A stretch of 63,405 nucleotides of DNA, filler included, from Reclinomonas americana ATCC 50394 (taxonomy: Eukaryota): assembly GCA_048213135.1 (NCBI GenBank). It is 12 parts of 12 records of this genome, joined end to end, with 100 filler letters (N's around TTAATTAATTAA, not from the genome) between each part and the next. Parts side by side here need not be neighbours in the genome. Positions count along the whole stretch, not along the records: positions 32,849 to 39,598 come from AFZH01019082.1; positions 39,699 to 49,025 come from AFZH01019083.1; positions 49,126 to 53,786 come from AFZH01019084.1; 9 more parts are not named here. The stretch is one strand, 5' to 3'. Under the pieces are notes generated by a model. The model saw only the letters and a program-made list of their open reading frames with translations. It was not told the DNA's origin and made no database searches. The position numbers and the translations under genes were made by a program. Below are positions 37,140 through 49,191 of the stretch, piece after piece (within the stretch, counting starts at the first letter, position 1; every line of letters begins with the position of its first letter).

Positions 37140-38227
37140 GACACCTCACCACCGTCCAATGAACCCCATGTAACAGTTGGCTTCGTCATGCAAGTGCAAT
37201 TGTGCAAACTTACTGTAAACTGTCTTTCCGTCCAGTGGGACCGTGCCTCTTTCGTTTCTCCCTGTCGCTGCGAGCCGACTACGGTGCGTCATGACCTCCA
37301 TGTTCCGCTGGAGCTGATCGTACTTAACCGTCCCTCCCTCCCTCCTCGAAACAATAGGTGGTCGTCATCCGCGCGAACATGGAGTATGAGGAGGAACCAC
37401 TTCGCTTCTTCCTCAGCTGTCTCAGCGGTGCCGTTGACGTGGAACTCATCTTGAGGGTTTTCCAGCGAGAGGACGTGCGCTTCTTCGACCGTGTGACGCT
37501 GAGCAACACTGGCAGTTCTGGGCACCAAGAAGCCGTCCAGTGCCTGCGCTTGCTGCGGAGGCAGCCACCAGGAGACGTCGACCTGCTCTTCACTGCTGAC
37601 CAGCTTGCCACACTGTCGCTGCGCTTGAGTCTTGTGCGAGTGTGCCACCAGAACGCTGCTGGCGACGGCATGCCGGACTGGGATTTCAGCTTTGACGAGT
37701 TTGGCAGCAGCACGTTGTGGCCTGCAGTCGGTGCGGGCCAAGAAGAGCACGCCGATGTGCCTTATGAGGAGGAGGAGGAGAATGAGGAGGAGGAGGAGTT
37801 GCAGTTTGTCAGCAACAATGACCTGCAAGCTGTGCTTGCTGCGCGCACCAGCGCTCTTGAGCAGGCCCTGCAGGTGCCCGCCACGGATGTGTTCAGCAGT
37901 GACGAGGAGGAGATGTATTCCATGGCCTCGTTCTTCCACCTGTCGCCGGAGCGCCTGGCAGGTGCGTAGCGGCCGCGGTCGATTGTTTTGCTGTTTCCGC
38001 AGTGCTCCATCTGACGAATCCACAGAAAAGCAACGACGTCGACAGCATAATAGAAGCTGTGCGTAACGAGATTCAAGGATGCGATGAAGCCAGCCGATAA
38101 CTGTGGGTGAAACTTGTTTCAGTTTCTGTCTCGACAGAATTCGAGAGCAATCGCCGTGCCCTGCCTGCAAGCTGCTGCACGACTTGAGACACCTCACCAC
38201 CGTCCAATGAATCCCATGCAACAGTTG
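37109..38227 (+). repeat. Imperfect ~70-bp direct repeat (37109-37179 and 38153-38227)
   Basis: gccgtgccctggctgcaagctgcatgactgagacacctcaccaccgtccaatgaaccccatgtaacagttg versus gccgtgccctgcctgcaagctgctgcacgacttgagacacctcaccaccgtccaatgaatcccatgcaacagttg. Confidence 0.95.
37358..37969 (+). CDS. Orphan protein with acidic C-terminal half (start uncertain, likely an upstream exon)
   Basis: 203-codon open frame preceded by an AG acceptor at ~37357; EEEEENEEEEE tract; no family recognised. Confidence 0.5.
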   Translation: MVVIRANMEYEEEPLRFFLSCLSGAVDVELILRVFQREDVRFFDRVTLSNTGSSGHQEAVQCLRLLRRQPPGDVDLLFTADQLATLSLRLSLVRVCHQNAAGDGMPDWDFSFDEFGSSTLWPAVGAGQEEHADVPYEEEEENEEEEELQFVSNNDLQAVLAARTSALEQALQVPATDVFSSDEEEMYSMASFFHLSPERLAGA

Positions 38228-38233
38228 TCTCCT

Positions 38234-41200
38234 TCACTTCCTAGTCGCGCCCAACTTCAACCGAGTGCCCTTGCGAGCCGGCGCAGATGCTGACGACTGT
38301 GCCAGAGAATTCGTTGTCGTGGAGTCATCGTCGCCACCCAAATCAATCAGCTGATGCTGTGCCAAGTGATGCTGGTGCAGGTGCTGGTTGTCGGCAGCAC
38401 CACCACCGCCGCCGCTGCCACCACCACCACCCAACGAAAAGTCGGGAGCGTTGCCGAAAACAGGATCATCGCCACCATCCAGACTCGCATCAATGTCCCA
38501 TCCGTCAGTGACGTTTGACGAGGGAGCTGGTGGTGGAGACGGGGAGCGCGATCGCTGGCGCGACTGCAGAGGCTTGGCTGGTGCGCTGAAGGGGTGCGAG
38601 GCAGTTGTTGCTGCTGTTGCTGCTGCGCCTGCTGCGTGGTGGTGTGCGGCGGTCGGTGGTGGAGTGGAAGTGCCACCAAACGGAGTCTTGCGCGCTCCCA
38701 GTGCTGGTCGCTTGGCGCCGACGCGTTGCGGTGGCGGTGGATCATCATGCTCTGTGCGTGGCACTAGTCAGCACCCTAAAGGAACATCACGACTTGAAGG
38801 GCACGCAACTCTTCGACTTGAACGCATCGAATCCGCCAGGCGAATCGTCGGCATCCTCCCACCGATCGTCGTCGTCGTCGTCATCGTCGTCATCCTTCTT
38901 CTTGTGGGCCGAATGCGGCGTATTGAACAGGCGCTTCGGACCACCGGCCGCTGCTGCCGACGACGGACGTGCCGCTGGCACCAGTGACGGTCCCGGTCCA
39001 CCGCCTCCGGAAGCTGCTGCCGCAGAGTAGTGATGGTGACCGGCGGAGGCGGTGGCGGCGGCAGTGTGACCGTCTGCACCAGGCTCCGGTGTGGAGGGTG
39101 GTGAACGGTCCTCCTCAATGGTCTTTTTCACGAGCTGTGGTGGCGGCGTTGGAGGATTGAGTACACCAGCGGAAAGAATCGGAAAGTGAGAGAACACAGA
39201 CGCAAACCTTGGTGGCCACTGAGGACAGCTTGCCGGCGGCCCAGTTGAACAGCTTGGATTTGAGAGAGCCGGCGTCGGGAGTGCTGGTGCCGTCACCACT
39301 CATTGCAGTCGCTCCTCCGTCTGTGGTTGCTGAGGCGGTCGATGCGCCGACAGTGGCACTCGGTGTGCCAGGCTGCGACATGCGAGCAGCGGCGGCCGCA
39401 CGGGCATCCTCCTCGGCCTTGCGAACCATCTGGGGAGCGAGGTTGTAAGTCGTGGGCGTGCAGCTTTTTGACAGACGGAAAGACGCAACGGCTTCAGAGT
39501 TTTCCTTCAACGCCACAGTCACACCAGCCATGAGATCGAATGCCGCATTGCGCACATCCCTACGTGCGTACGCGTCAGTCAGTCGTGCGAGCTCGGCANN
39601 NNNNNNNNNNNNNNNNNNNNNNNNNNNNNNNNNNNNNNNNNNTTAATTAATTAANNNNNNNNNNNNNNNNNNNNNNNNNNNNNNNNNNNNNNNNNNNNTG
39701 GGGACGACACCATCGGGACGCAACAGTGTGGGATCCAGAGTCATGGAGGCCGCTGCCGGCATGATGCGATTGGCCAGCATGTCGGGCGAGTACACTCGTA
39801 TCGTGGCCAGCATGGCGCAGAGCGACGCCACTCGCGAGCGGAAAAAGGGATCCTTCAGAATGCGCAGGAATGCCGGAACCAACACTCGATCGCGATCCTG
39901 TGCACGGGGTGAGTGGTTGGAGTGAAGAGAAGGAACCAACAACGAAAGTACAAGGAACGGCACCTCTGGAGCCACATGATTGGCAATCTTGCCAAAGCAA
40001 ATGGTGGTGTTGGTGCGAATAGCGGGCTCCGGGTCGCCCTGCAGTCGCCAAAAGTGGCCGAGCACATTGTCGCGAATCTCCTTGGGCGACATTTTCGGCA
40101 CAATGTGAACCATGCCCTTTAGTGTCATCTGTGGGTGGAAGAATGAGTGAGGAGAAGCGCACAATGCATTATAAGATACACATCGTATGAACCTCTCGAA
40201 TACGCGGCTGTGGGTCGACGAAACCGTGCTCCAACTTTGGGAACACGGCCTTGGTCACATTCTCCGACGACAGATACGGTGCATACAAGTGCAGCGAGTC
40301 CAACAGCTGCAAGCGTACGGCGGGATCTGGACTCTCAAACAGCGTCACCAGTCCCGGCACAATCATCGACTCGTACTCTTGCTGCGACAAACGTGCGCCG
40401 ACGCGAAGCAATGCCGACAGCGCACACGACGAGCCGGCTCCGTACTGAATCGCTGTCACAATGGCCGGCAGTACGCGGTGCTTCAGGACGGCGTCGGGGA
40501 AGGCGTCGGTGTCGAGCGTGCGGAAAAACTCGTCACGGGCCTCCTGCGACTGCACCTGCACCTCGTCGAGGAACGTCACGGCGCGCACGAGTGCATTGTC
40601 AAAGTACGAGTTCTCCGCCAGGAGTGCAGCGCACGTGGGCCCGCGTGTGGCGGCCGCCGGTGCACACAACCGCTGAAAGTCGGCCTTCATGGACGCCGGC
40701 ACGGTGCGAGACGAGGCACGCAGCTGCTGCACCTCCCACGGACCGTCCACCGACGCACTCTCGTCAAACACCTGCGCCATGAGCACCGCCAGTCCCCACA
40801 GATCCACCGCGTGCACCGGTGCAGCGTCCACTTGCTGGTACTGACCGGCCTTGATCTCTGGCGGGCACTGTTGTGTTGTTGAAAGGAGATGAGCGAGTGA
40901 GTGATCGATGGAATGGAGCTAAAAGGGTGGGAGAGACGACGCAACAAAGGGCAACATGGCGGCAAACGCAGGCAGCGTGAGTGGTGGCAGTGGGGGCGCG
41001 GCTGGCGAGGCTGCACCGGGCGGGCTGAACATGCCCGAGGGCGCTGCCGACGCGCCACGCTGAGTGGTGAACTGCAAGTCGCCGAGGCGGAACTCGCCAC
41101 CACGAGTCACAAACACCGAGTAGAGACACACGTGATGGTGTGCGTACTGGCGCTCGTGGAGGAGAGAGAGGGCGCGCTGTGACGAGGAGCAGCAAGGGTA

Positions 41201-42504
41201 AGCAAAGGCATGTGAAGGAAAAAGGAGGAGGACGGTAGTCGTACCAGAATATCGTGGAGCCCCCACGCCACATGGTCGGGCTGGCCGCGGATCCCGTCGA
41301 CAACGTCGCACAGTGGCGTTACGCGTTCGGTGACCACGTAGATGACGTCGGGGAGGTCGACGCCGCTGTGAAGAGAGAAGGATGATGAGGGTGATGGGGA
41401 AGGGAGGTGATGGAAGAGAGAGAAAGAGAGAATGGAAGATATGATCCAAGAAGGAGCGACTGATCAGTGATCACCATCAAGGAGCAGAGGATACGAGGCA
41501 GGAAATACGAGGAGCTGTCAAGACAGCAACTGATCATCAGCGAGAGACGTCCACGATCAAGTGGAGGAAGCAGCGGCGATCAAAGAAGGTGACAAGACAA
41601 CGACTGAACTGTGAACACAGCACGTTTGACGAGTAAGGTGACAGACAGGCCAAAGAAGGAAACGAAGAAGCTGGCACACAGCGACTGATCATTATCAATC
41701 AGGTGGAGGATGGGGACAAGGAGCGACTGATCGCGAGAAGGTGCTGACAGGTAAAGGAAGAGGTCACAGAAGCTGTCAGGACAACGATTGATCATCAACG
41801 AGGGGGGTTAACGAGGACGCGAGAGACGCGAAGGAAGAGGGACTGATCGCGAGAAGGTGACAAGACAACGTAAAGGAAGAGGTCACAGAAGCTGTCAAGA
41901 CAACGATTGATCACAGCGAGGAGAGTGAACGCGGATGCGAGAGATGCGAAGGAAGAGGGACAATGATGACGAAGGAGCGAATGATCAGTGATCAGAGCAC
42001 CATCAACGAGGAGAGTGATCAGGAAAAGTACTCAAAATCATCCTCGTCTTCCTCCAGACACGCAACTCAATGTATCGCAACACCGTCGGCAGCCGCATCG
42101 TCTTGAGCTTCTGGAGTCCATTGAGTGCAACACGCAGTTTCTCTGTGGTGCACATGAGTGACAAGACAGAGAGAGAGAGAGTACACGGAAAATGACAAGT
42201 GGCACGCACCCGGCGATCCAGTTCGCTTATCAAACACAAAGATCGACACCTCCTCTCCCGTGCTCTATCGAACGCAGTGGTGAGCAACACCAACAACAGT
42301 GTGAGATCTATCTCCTCAGAGAGCGCACACCTTGTTGGTTCCGTGATGCAGTGTCCACACCGAGTGCGCCGAGTACACTGGCGACGCAGCATCGCCAATC
42401 GTGTAGGCAAACGCCTGTGTGAACAAAGCGTGTCACATACCACACAAACACACAAAGAGAGGCGCGATCAGGAGGCGACTTACAGTTCCTTGCGCTTGGC
42501 CCAT
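38234..42504 (-). CDS. SCYL1: SCY1-like pseudokinase with HEAT repeats (SCYL1/Cex1 family), spanning a gap
   Basis: LQKLKTMRLPTVLRYIDG, VVTERVTPL, SVFVTRGGEFRLGD, RLQGDPEPAIRTNTTICFGKIA, FLRILKDPF; C-terminus KLGATRK*. Confidence 0.9.
41725..41960. repeat. Two-copy ~116-bp tandem repeat in the 701-nt SCYL1 intron (41366-42066)
   Basis: Units begin gactgatcgcgagaaggtg at 41725 and 41841 and share taaaggaagaggtcacagaagctgtca...gacaacgattgatca. Confidence 0.85.
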
Positions 42505-43239
42505 CGCAACAACCGCAAGCACAAAAAAAACGAACTCGGACACAACGTCGCCGAGGACAAGTTGCAACAAGAAGGCTGTTCTGCTTGTGTACACGTGTAC
42601 GTGGTGGCGTACACGCTGGGAAAGGCGCATTGATGGCGCAACGTGCACCTGTGTGCGTGCAAGTGTCGGATCACGTGCACACACTTCCAAACGCGCGCGT
42701 CCAAGATTGCAGAACGTCGATTAGAACGTCTGTGGAACGCGGAGGAGTTGGGATTCCCACCAGTTCTCGCTGCGTAGAATTATTGGCTGCAGCCGACCCG
42801 GTACTCTGTCGCACAACGTCGCGATCGACATCGATATCGAATTAATCAATTGCAACGTTCAGCCGCACTCTCGCCTGGCGACCGCTTCGCCTGCAGGTGA
42901 ATGTGTGGCAGAGGAGCTACCGCGCCTGCACTCGCCATTGATTCGTGGCCGTGTCGGCGTCTTCGTGATTGCTGCTGTCGCGATCGCGATAACGATCGCA
43001 GACCAGCGACGAGGATGTAAAGAATTAAATCAACGCGTTATGATTAACGCCTCCTCACCAGCTTGCATGCGCACCTCCAACAACAGAGGCGATACTGGCG
43101 GTGTTGCTGATATATGCCTGTGGAAGACGCGCACACATATGCATGATGAATTCGCCAGGCGTTGGTTGTCCGTCCATATGATGACAGCAATGACGACGCG
43201 CACAATCGCAGCTTGGCTCTCGTAATCAAGCAACACTTT

Positions 43240-46200
43240 TCATTCGATAATCAATGTGAACTGGCCACACGCCTCGCGCAGTGCACGCATAACGTCGAGC
43301 ACCTCCTGTGCCGTCGGTCGGTCACGTCGCATACTCATGCACCGCATGCCGAGTTCAAACATTGGTTCTGCGATGCGAGGCGTCCACTCCACACCGCCAT
43401 CCACTAGCTCCATGGGACGGAGAGAGGCAGGCGACCGATCCCATGTACACAACCACTCGCGGACAGTCGTCGTGGGCTTGCTAATGACAAGCTGCACGAG
43501 GACAATGCCCACGGCGAATATATCGCTTTCCGGCTGGGGGCTCCTCGAATGCATGTGGAGTGGATCCATGTAGTCGAGTGTGCCGATAGCCGTGGTCGTC
43601 TGCGGGTCAAGAGGGAATGAGAGAGCGGCACATCGGCAACAGACGGAGGTGCAAACCTTGCCATCAACAATGGAACGCGCAATGCCAAAGTCACCGAGGC
43701 ACGGCTCCAGGCGGTGGTCCAGCAGTACGTTGGAGGGTTTAATGTCGCGGTGCACCACCTCGTTCTGTGAGGGAGCGATGAGAAGGAGTCACGTATATAG
43801 AGCAGAGTATATAGACCTTGTGCAGGAATGCCACGGCCTCGGCCAACCCGAGACCAATCTGCACACGCTGCATCACGGAGAGTGGCGTGTGACCGGCGCG
43901 CGGTGGAAGCAATAGCACGTCTTCCAGGTTGGGGACTCTGCGTGGCTCACCGTGAGAGTGATGATAACTCAGACAAGAAGAGAGTGGAACGCACTCGAGA
44001 GCCTTGTACACGAGACAGCGCGCCTTGTCGTCGCCCACGGCATAGCCGACGAGAGGGACGATGCGTCGATGGCGCAGGTGGCCGAGAGTGGCGACCTACT
44101 GTAGGGTGAGTTGCCGGAGTAATGCAGAGTACAAAAAAGTGACAGACCTCGCTTTCGAAGGATGCCAGTGTCCACGGTGCATCTGGGTCGAGCACCTTGA
44201 TGGCAACATGCATCTCGTGGAGTATGGAGATGAAGACCGCGCCCTGCCCTCCTTCGCCGACCTTGAGGCGTGGGGAGAACGAGTTGGTGGCGTGCACGAT
44301 CTCGTGCCACTCAAAGCGGCGCACTGAGGGGTCGACTGTGCGGTAGAAGGTGAGTTGTGTAGAGATACGTAGAAAGGAGATGGGGGTGGAGAGACCTTGT
44401 GCGAGGAGGAGATCTTGACGAAGTTGGGATACAAGCTGGTCACGCTCCTCAAGGCGAGTAGTGAGGTCAACCTTGTCGCGTAGAGCCACCGCCAGCTGCT
44501 GTGAGACGATCGATAGTTGACTCTCCACGTCCGAGAGCTTGGTTCCTACACGGGCACCCTCCGCTTGCAGCTGTGTGATGGCGTCATTCTTGAGTTGCAG
44601 CTGAGTGACGAGGGCGGCATACTCCGGTTGCAGTCGGGTGGCAAGCTCCAGTGTTTCGCAAAGCCGTGATCCGAGACCGTCTCTTTCGCGCTGGGTCGAA
44701 GACAGCTGGGCAGCAAGCTGGTCCCGATCGTGCTGCAACGCATCACGGCATGACTCCAGTTGGATAATCTGCCGCTGCGACTGCTGTTCCGCCGCCGCCA
44801 GTTGTCCACGAGCGGCATCAAATTGATCACGCATGGTCAGCATGTCGAGAGCAGCAGCCTCAAGATGCCGTTGGAAAGTAGCATTGTCGGCCTGCAGTTG
44901 TGCGGTAAGTTGATCGCGCTCTGATCGCTGTTGTTGCTGAGCAGTGACGAGGTCGCCCTGAGCAGTTGCGAGTTGCGTGGCGAATTCGCTCTTCTCGTAC
45001 CGGGCGGAGGCGAGCTCGTCATGAAGTCGAGAGACATCCTGCTGCGCCTTCCGTTCAATCTCCGCCAGTTGCTGACGGGCAGCAGAGAGTTCGGCGGCAG
45101 CAGCATCTCGTTGACCGCGAGAGGCGGTGCTTTCAGTCACAAGCCGTGCGGTAAGCTGATCGCGCTCTTCTCGCAGCTCCGTGGCTACTCTGGTTTGCTC
45201 GTCAATGGCCACGCGGTTGGCTTGCAGTTGCTGCTGGGCTGTGGCGAGTTGCGCAGTGAGGTCGTCATTCTCGCCACTCAGTCGAGAGAGCTGTTGCCGT
45301 GACTCCTGTTCCGCCACTTGCAGTTGATTTTGGAAGGCGGCACACCTGGCCTGAAGTTGGCTGCAATCAGCTTTCAGCAGAACCTCCTGGCGATCGGCGG
45401 TGGCAAGGTCTGCCTCTCGCTGTCGCTCCATAGCGACCAGACGCCGACGAGCGGTGGAGAGTTCGGCGACAACGGCATCATGTTGCTGACGAGTGGCGGT
45501 GTTGGCAGCCTCAAGCTCTGCAACAAGCGTCTCTTGCTGACCGGCGACGGCGCGCTCCGCCTGCAGCTGGCGCTGAGCGGTAGCGAGATCATCGCGAAGC
45601 TGCTGTGACTGCTGTTCCGCCGCCGACGACTGCTGTCGATACGTGACGCGTCGAACGTGTAGTTCTTGCTGGGCGGAGGTGAGTTCGCTGTGCAACCGAA
45701 CAGCATGCCGTTGTAATTGTTGCTCCGACCTCTCGCGAGCGGCGATGCGCTCCGCCGCCAATTGTTGTTCCATGGCAGCAGCACGTGTGGCGGACCTCGC
45801 TGACTCCTCGCGCAGGCGATCTTCGAGGTCGGCGACATGTGAATGAGCTTGAGCAACTTGTCGAAGCAGGGGATCACTGCAGACTGGCGGATAGTCAGCG
45901 AGGTGGCAGCTAATCACAGAATCGGACATGCGTAATGGCTACAAACCTCGTATCGTCCGGTCCATGCTACCACTCACAATGCGCTGACCATCGGGAGTGA
46001 CGGCGACACATCGCACCCAGTTAGTGTGCCCTTTAAGCCGTCGCATTTCTTCCCCACTCGCCAGTGACCACACACGCACTGTGTTGTCGACGTGATAGCC
46101 ACTCACAATGTGCTGACCATCAGGAGTGACGGCGACAGAACACACCCGAGAAATGTGTCCTTCGCGATCGAACCGCCGCATTTCCTCACCACTCGCCAGT

Positions 46201-46891
46201 GACCATACTCGTATCGTGCCATCCTCGCCCCCACTCACAATGCGCTGGGAGTCGGGACTGACAGCAAGAAACCACACCCTTGCAGTATGACCCGTCAACC
46301 GTCGCACTTCTTCACCACTCGCCAGTGACCACACTCGTATAGTGGCGTCCTCACTCCCACTCACAATGTACTGACCATCTGCAGTGACGGCGACGGATAC
46401 CACTGCGTCAGTGTGACCCGTCAACTGTCGCACTTCTTCACCACTCGCCAGTGTCCACACTCGTATAGTGGCGTCCCCACTCCCACTCACGATGTGCTGA
46501 CCATCGGGAGTGACGGTGACAGAGTACACCTGTTCAGTGTGTTCTTCCAACCGTCGTACTTCCTGTCCACTCGCCAGTAACCACACTCGCACTGTCATGT
46601 CCTGGCTCCCACTCACTACATGCTGGCCGTCGGGAGTGACCGCGACAGAACGCACCCAGTCAGCATGTCCATCCAACCGTCGCACTTCCTCTCTACTCGC
46701 CAGTGACCACACTCGCACTGTCAGATCCCGACTCCCACTCACTACGTGCTGGCCGTCTGGAGTGATTGCGACAGAAAGCACATAATCAGTGTGCCCCTCC
46801 AAGACCTGAGCCGCGGTCGTTAACACGGTGAGCGTCACAGCCTGTGGCAATAATGGGCCTGACAACATGACCGTACCTTCGTCTTCACCAT
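43240..46891 (-). CDS. WD40 propeller / long coiled coil / IRAK-Pelle (RLK-type) Ser/Thr kinase
   Basis: MVKTK|VLEGHTDY then seven ~42-aa WD40 repeats. A 63-nt intron (45946-45884) joins in frame to the coiled coil. Kinase motifs: RRFEWHEIVHATNSFSPRLKVGEGGQGAVF, VAIK, HRDIKPSNVLLD, LGDFGIAR, GTLDYMDP, SDIFAVGIVL. Confidence 0.85.
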
Positions 46892-47268
46892 GATCACGTG
46901 CGAGAAGTCCGACTAAATTTCCGCAAATTCGAAGCGATCGACGTCGCATGCCGACATCGATGAACCCATCCCTGTAGCTGCAAGTCGCATTGCAGATCCA
47001 GATGCAAGCACATGTACGTTATAAGCAGGGCTACGTACTGTCCCCAACGATTGTGACCACTCCGAGAATTCGAAGTCGACGTTCACAAGTGCAATTCAGC
47101 AATTCGCACACGCACACACACACGCTCTCCTCACTCGCTCCCGATCCACTCACTCACGCGGAACGCATACACACCACACAACTCGCTCGATCCACAGGGT
47201 CGACATCGAGCAGTTCTATTCTTGGCTTGTGCTTGTCCCGCACCATCACTCACTCACTCTCACACACG

Positions 47269-49025
47269 ATGGCGAGTACGTTTGGTGCCAAGCTGCTGAT
47301 TGAGCGCAAGGGCCCGGCTGCAGCGGGTGGCGTGAAGGAGTGGCGACGGTTTCAGCTGCCTCTGCACTCACTGCACGAGTTGACTCTCGAGCTGAGTCGC
47401 CTGTGTGGAGGCAAGTACGCACACACACTGAAAGAGAGAGCACAATGAGAGAGAGAGAGAGAGCATTGATGACGGCAGACAGGTACTTCGTAGACCACTC
47501 TTCGCGTGTGTGTGTGAGTGTGTCAATGTGGGGTGTTGTGTGTTTGTTTGAGAGAGAGTGCGCGCGTTTGTAATTGACTGCTGCCCCCTTTTCTTCAAGC
47601 ACACACACATGCACATTCTCCGCGCACTGCGCACGCACACACGCGACAATGACGAAAATGACATGATTGCCGAGCAGGCTTTTTTTCACAGTGAGAAAAA
47701 GCACTGAGCTCTTTTCCCCCCTTTTTGCTCTCTCACTCTGTGTCTCTCTCCTTGTACTCACATAACTTTCCATGTGATTTAGAGTCATTGCCGGCGGCCT
47801 TTGTGTTGCACTATCAGGACGATGAGGAGGATTGGATTGCGCTGACGAGTGATGAGGACATGCTGGAGTGCCAGAGTGTGCTCTCCAGTGGTCCTCTGCG
47901 GCTGCGCGTGATGGGTGAGTAGTGCGGGGGAAAGAGGGAGATCGAATTTGTTTGGGACCATGTTTTGTTGTCCTCGGTGTCGGATGCTTCTTCAACATGC
48001 CTCTGGCGCCCCCCCTGTTGTTTCTATCTTTGCATTCTTCTTTCACTTTTTCTGTTCCGCTGCTCGGTCTTGTCTCTTGAGCCTCACTCGTGTTGGCGTT
48101 GCATTCCTCCACTCTGTTTCTTTCTCTCTCCTGCTCTGTGGATCTCTCTCTCTCTCTCTCTCTCTCTCGCTCTCTCCGCCCTTCTCTATGAATCTCTCTG
48201 TTATTTCCATCCAGTGTGCATGCTTCCTCCACTCCGCTTGTCGGTCTTGTCTCGTGAACTATACTCGTGTTGGCGTGAAGGCGATGAACGCAACGTGGGG
48301 CGTCGCCAATGCACACGTATGTGCGGGCGGGGACGATGTAGAGCTGTGGGAGGAGGAGTAGGAGGAGAATAAGATGATGAAGGGGGAGGAGAAGAAGCAA
48401 GGGAGGAGGAAAAGAGGAGGAGGAGGAGGAGGAGGAAGAGGAGCAGAAGCAAGTGCATTCCTCCGCTCCTCCTTCCCCCTGTTATTTCCATCCAGTGTGC
48501 ATGCTTTCTCTGCTCTTGTATTCCGCTGCTCTGGCACCCTTGATCGTCATTCTTTCGTTCGCTCTCTGTCTCTGTCTCCCACTCTCTCCTGCTCTGTGGA
48601 GCTATCTTCCTCCCTTCCCTCCCTTCCCTCCCTTCCCTCCCTTCCCTCCCTTCTCTCTCTTCCCTCCCTTCCCTCACCTCTCCCTTCCCTCCCTTCCCTT
48701 CCCTCACTCCCCCTCTCCCTTCCAGAGGTCGACGAGGAATCCAAGAAGCCCCACTTTTCGCGCTCCGCTCTCCAGCGCGCTCTGCTGCCGCCCGCGCCGC
48801 CCGCCACCGACGGCGAGTCATCATCGTCATCGTCGTCGACGACCACGGCCACCGCGCCCACCGAGTCCGGTGATGCAGGCTCTTCGTCGGGCACTGCTGG
48901 CACGGTGGCGGCAGGCGGCCGCGATGCGTCACCCACGGAGTCGCACAAGACACGGCAGCCGGTGGTGCGCCCGGAGCCACGCGAGGAGGCACGTTATGCG
49001 TACGCGGAAGAGAGCGCATCTGCAT
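47269..49025 (+). CDS. PB1-domain protein (N-terminal part; continues into gap)
   Basis: GAKLLIE...EWRRFQL (basic Lys/Arg face) and OPCA motif LHYQDDEEDWIALTSDEDM. Confidence 0.8.
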
Positions 49026-49191
49026 NNNNNNNNNNNNNNNNNNNNNNNNNNNNNNNNNNNNNNNNNNNNTTAATTAATTAANNNNNNNNNNNNNNNNNNN
49101 NNNNNNNNNNNNNNNNNNNNNNNNNCTTTTTTCTCCGCATGTCGTCGTCGTGCAAATGTCATTTTTCACTCACCGCCGCGGGGCGTGTTAG

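Noticed and set aside
42905..43236. Possible U-box/RING exon after the IRAK-like kinase, as in plant RLCK-IX/PUB proteins
   Set aside because: No frame gives a convincing U-box or RING pattern.
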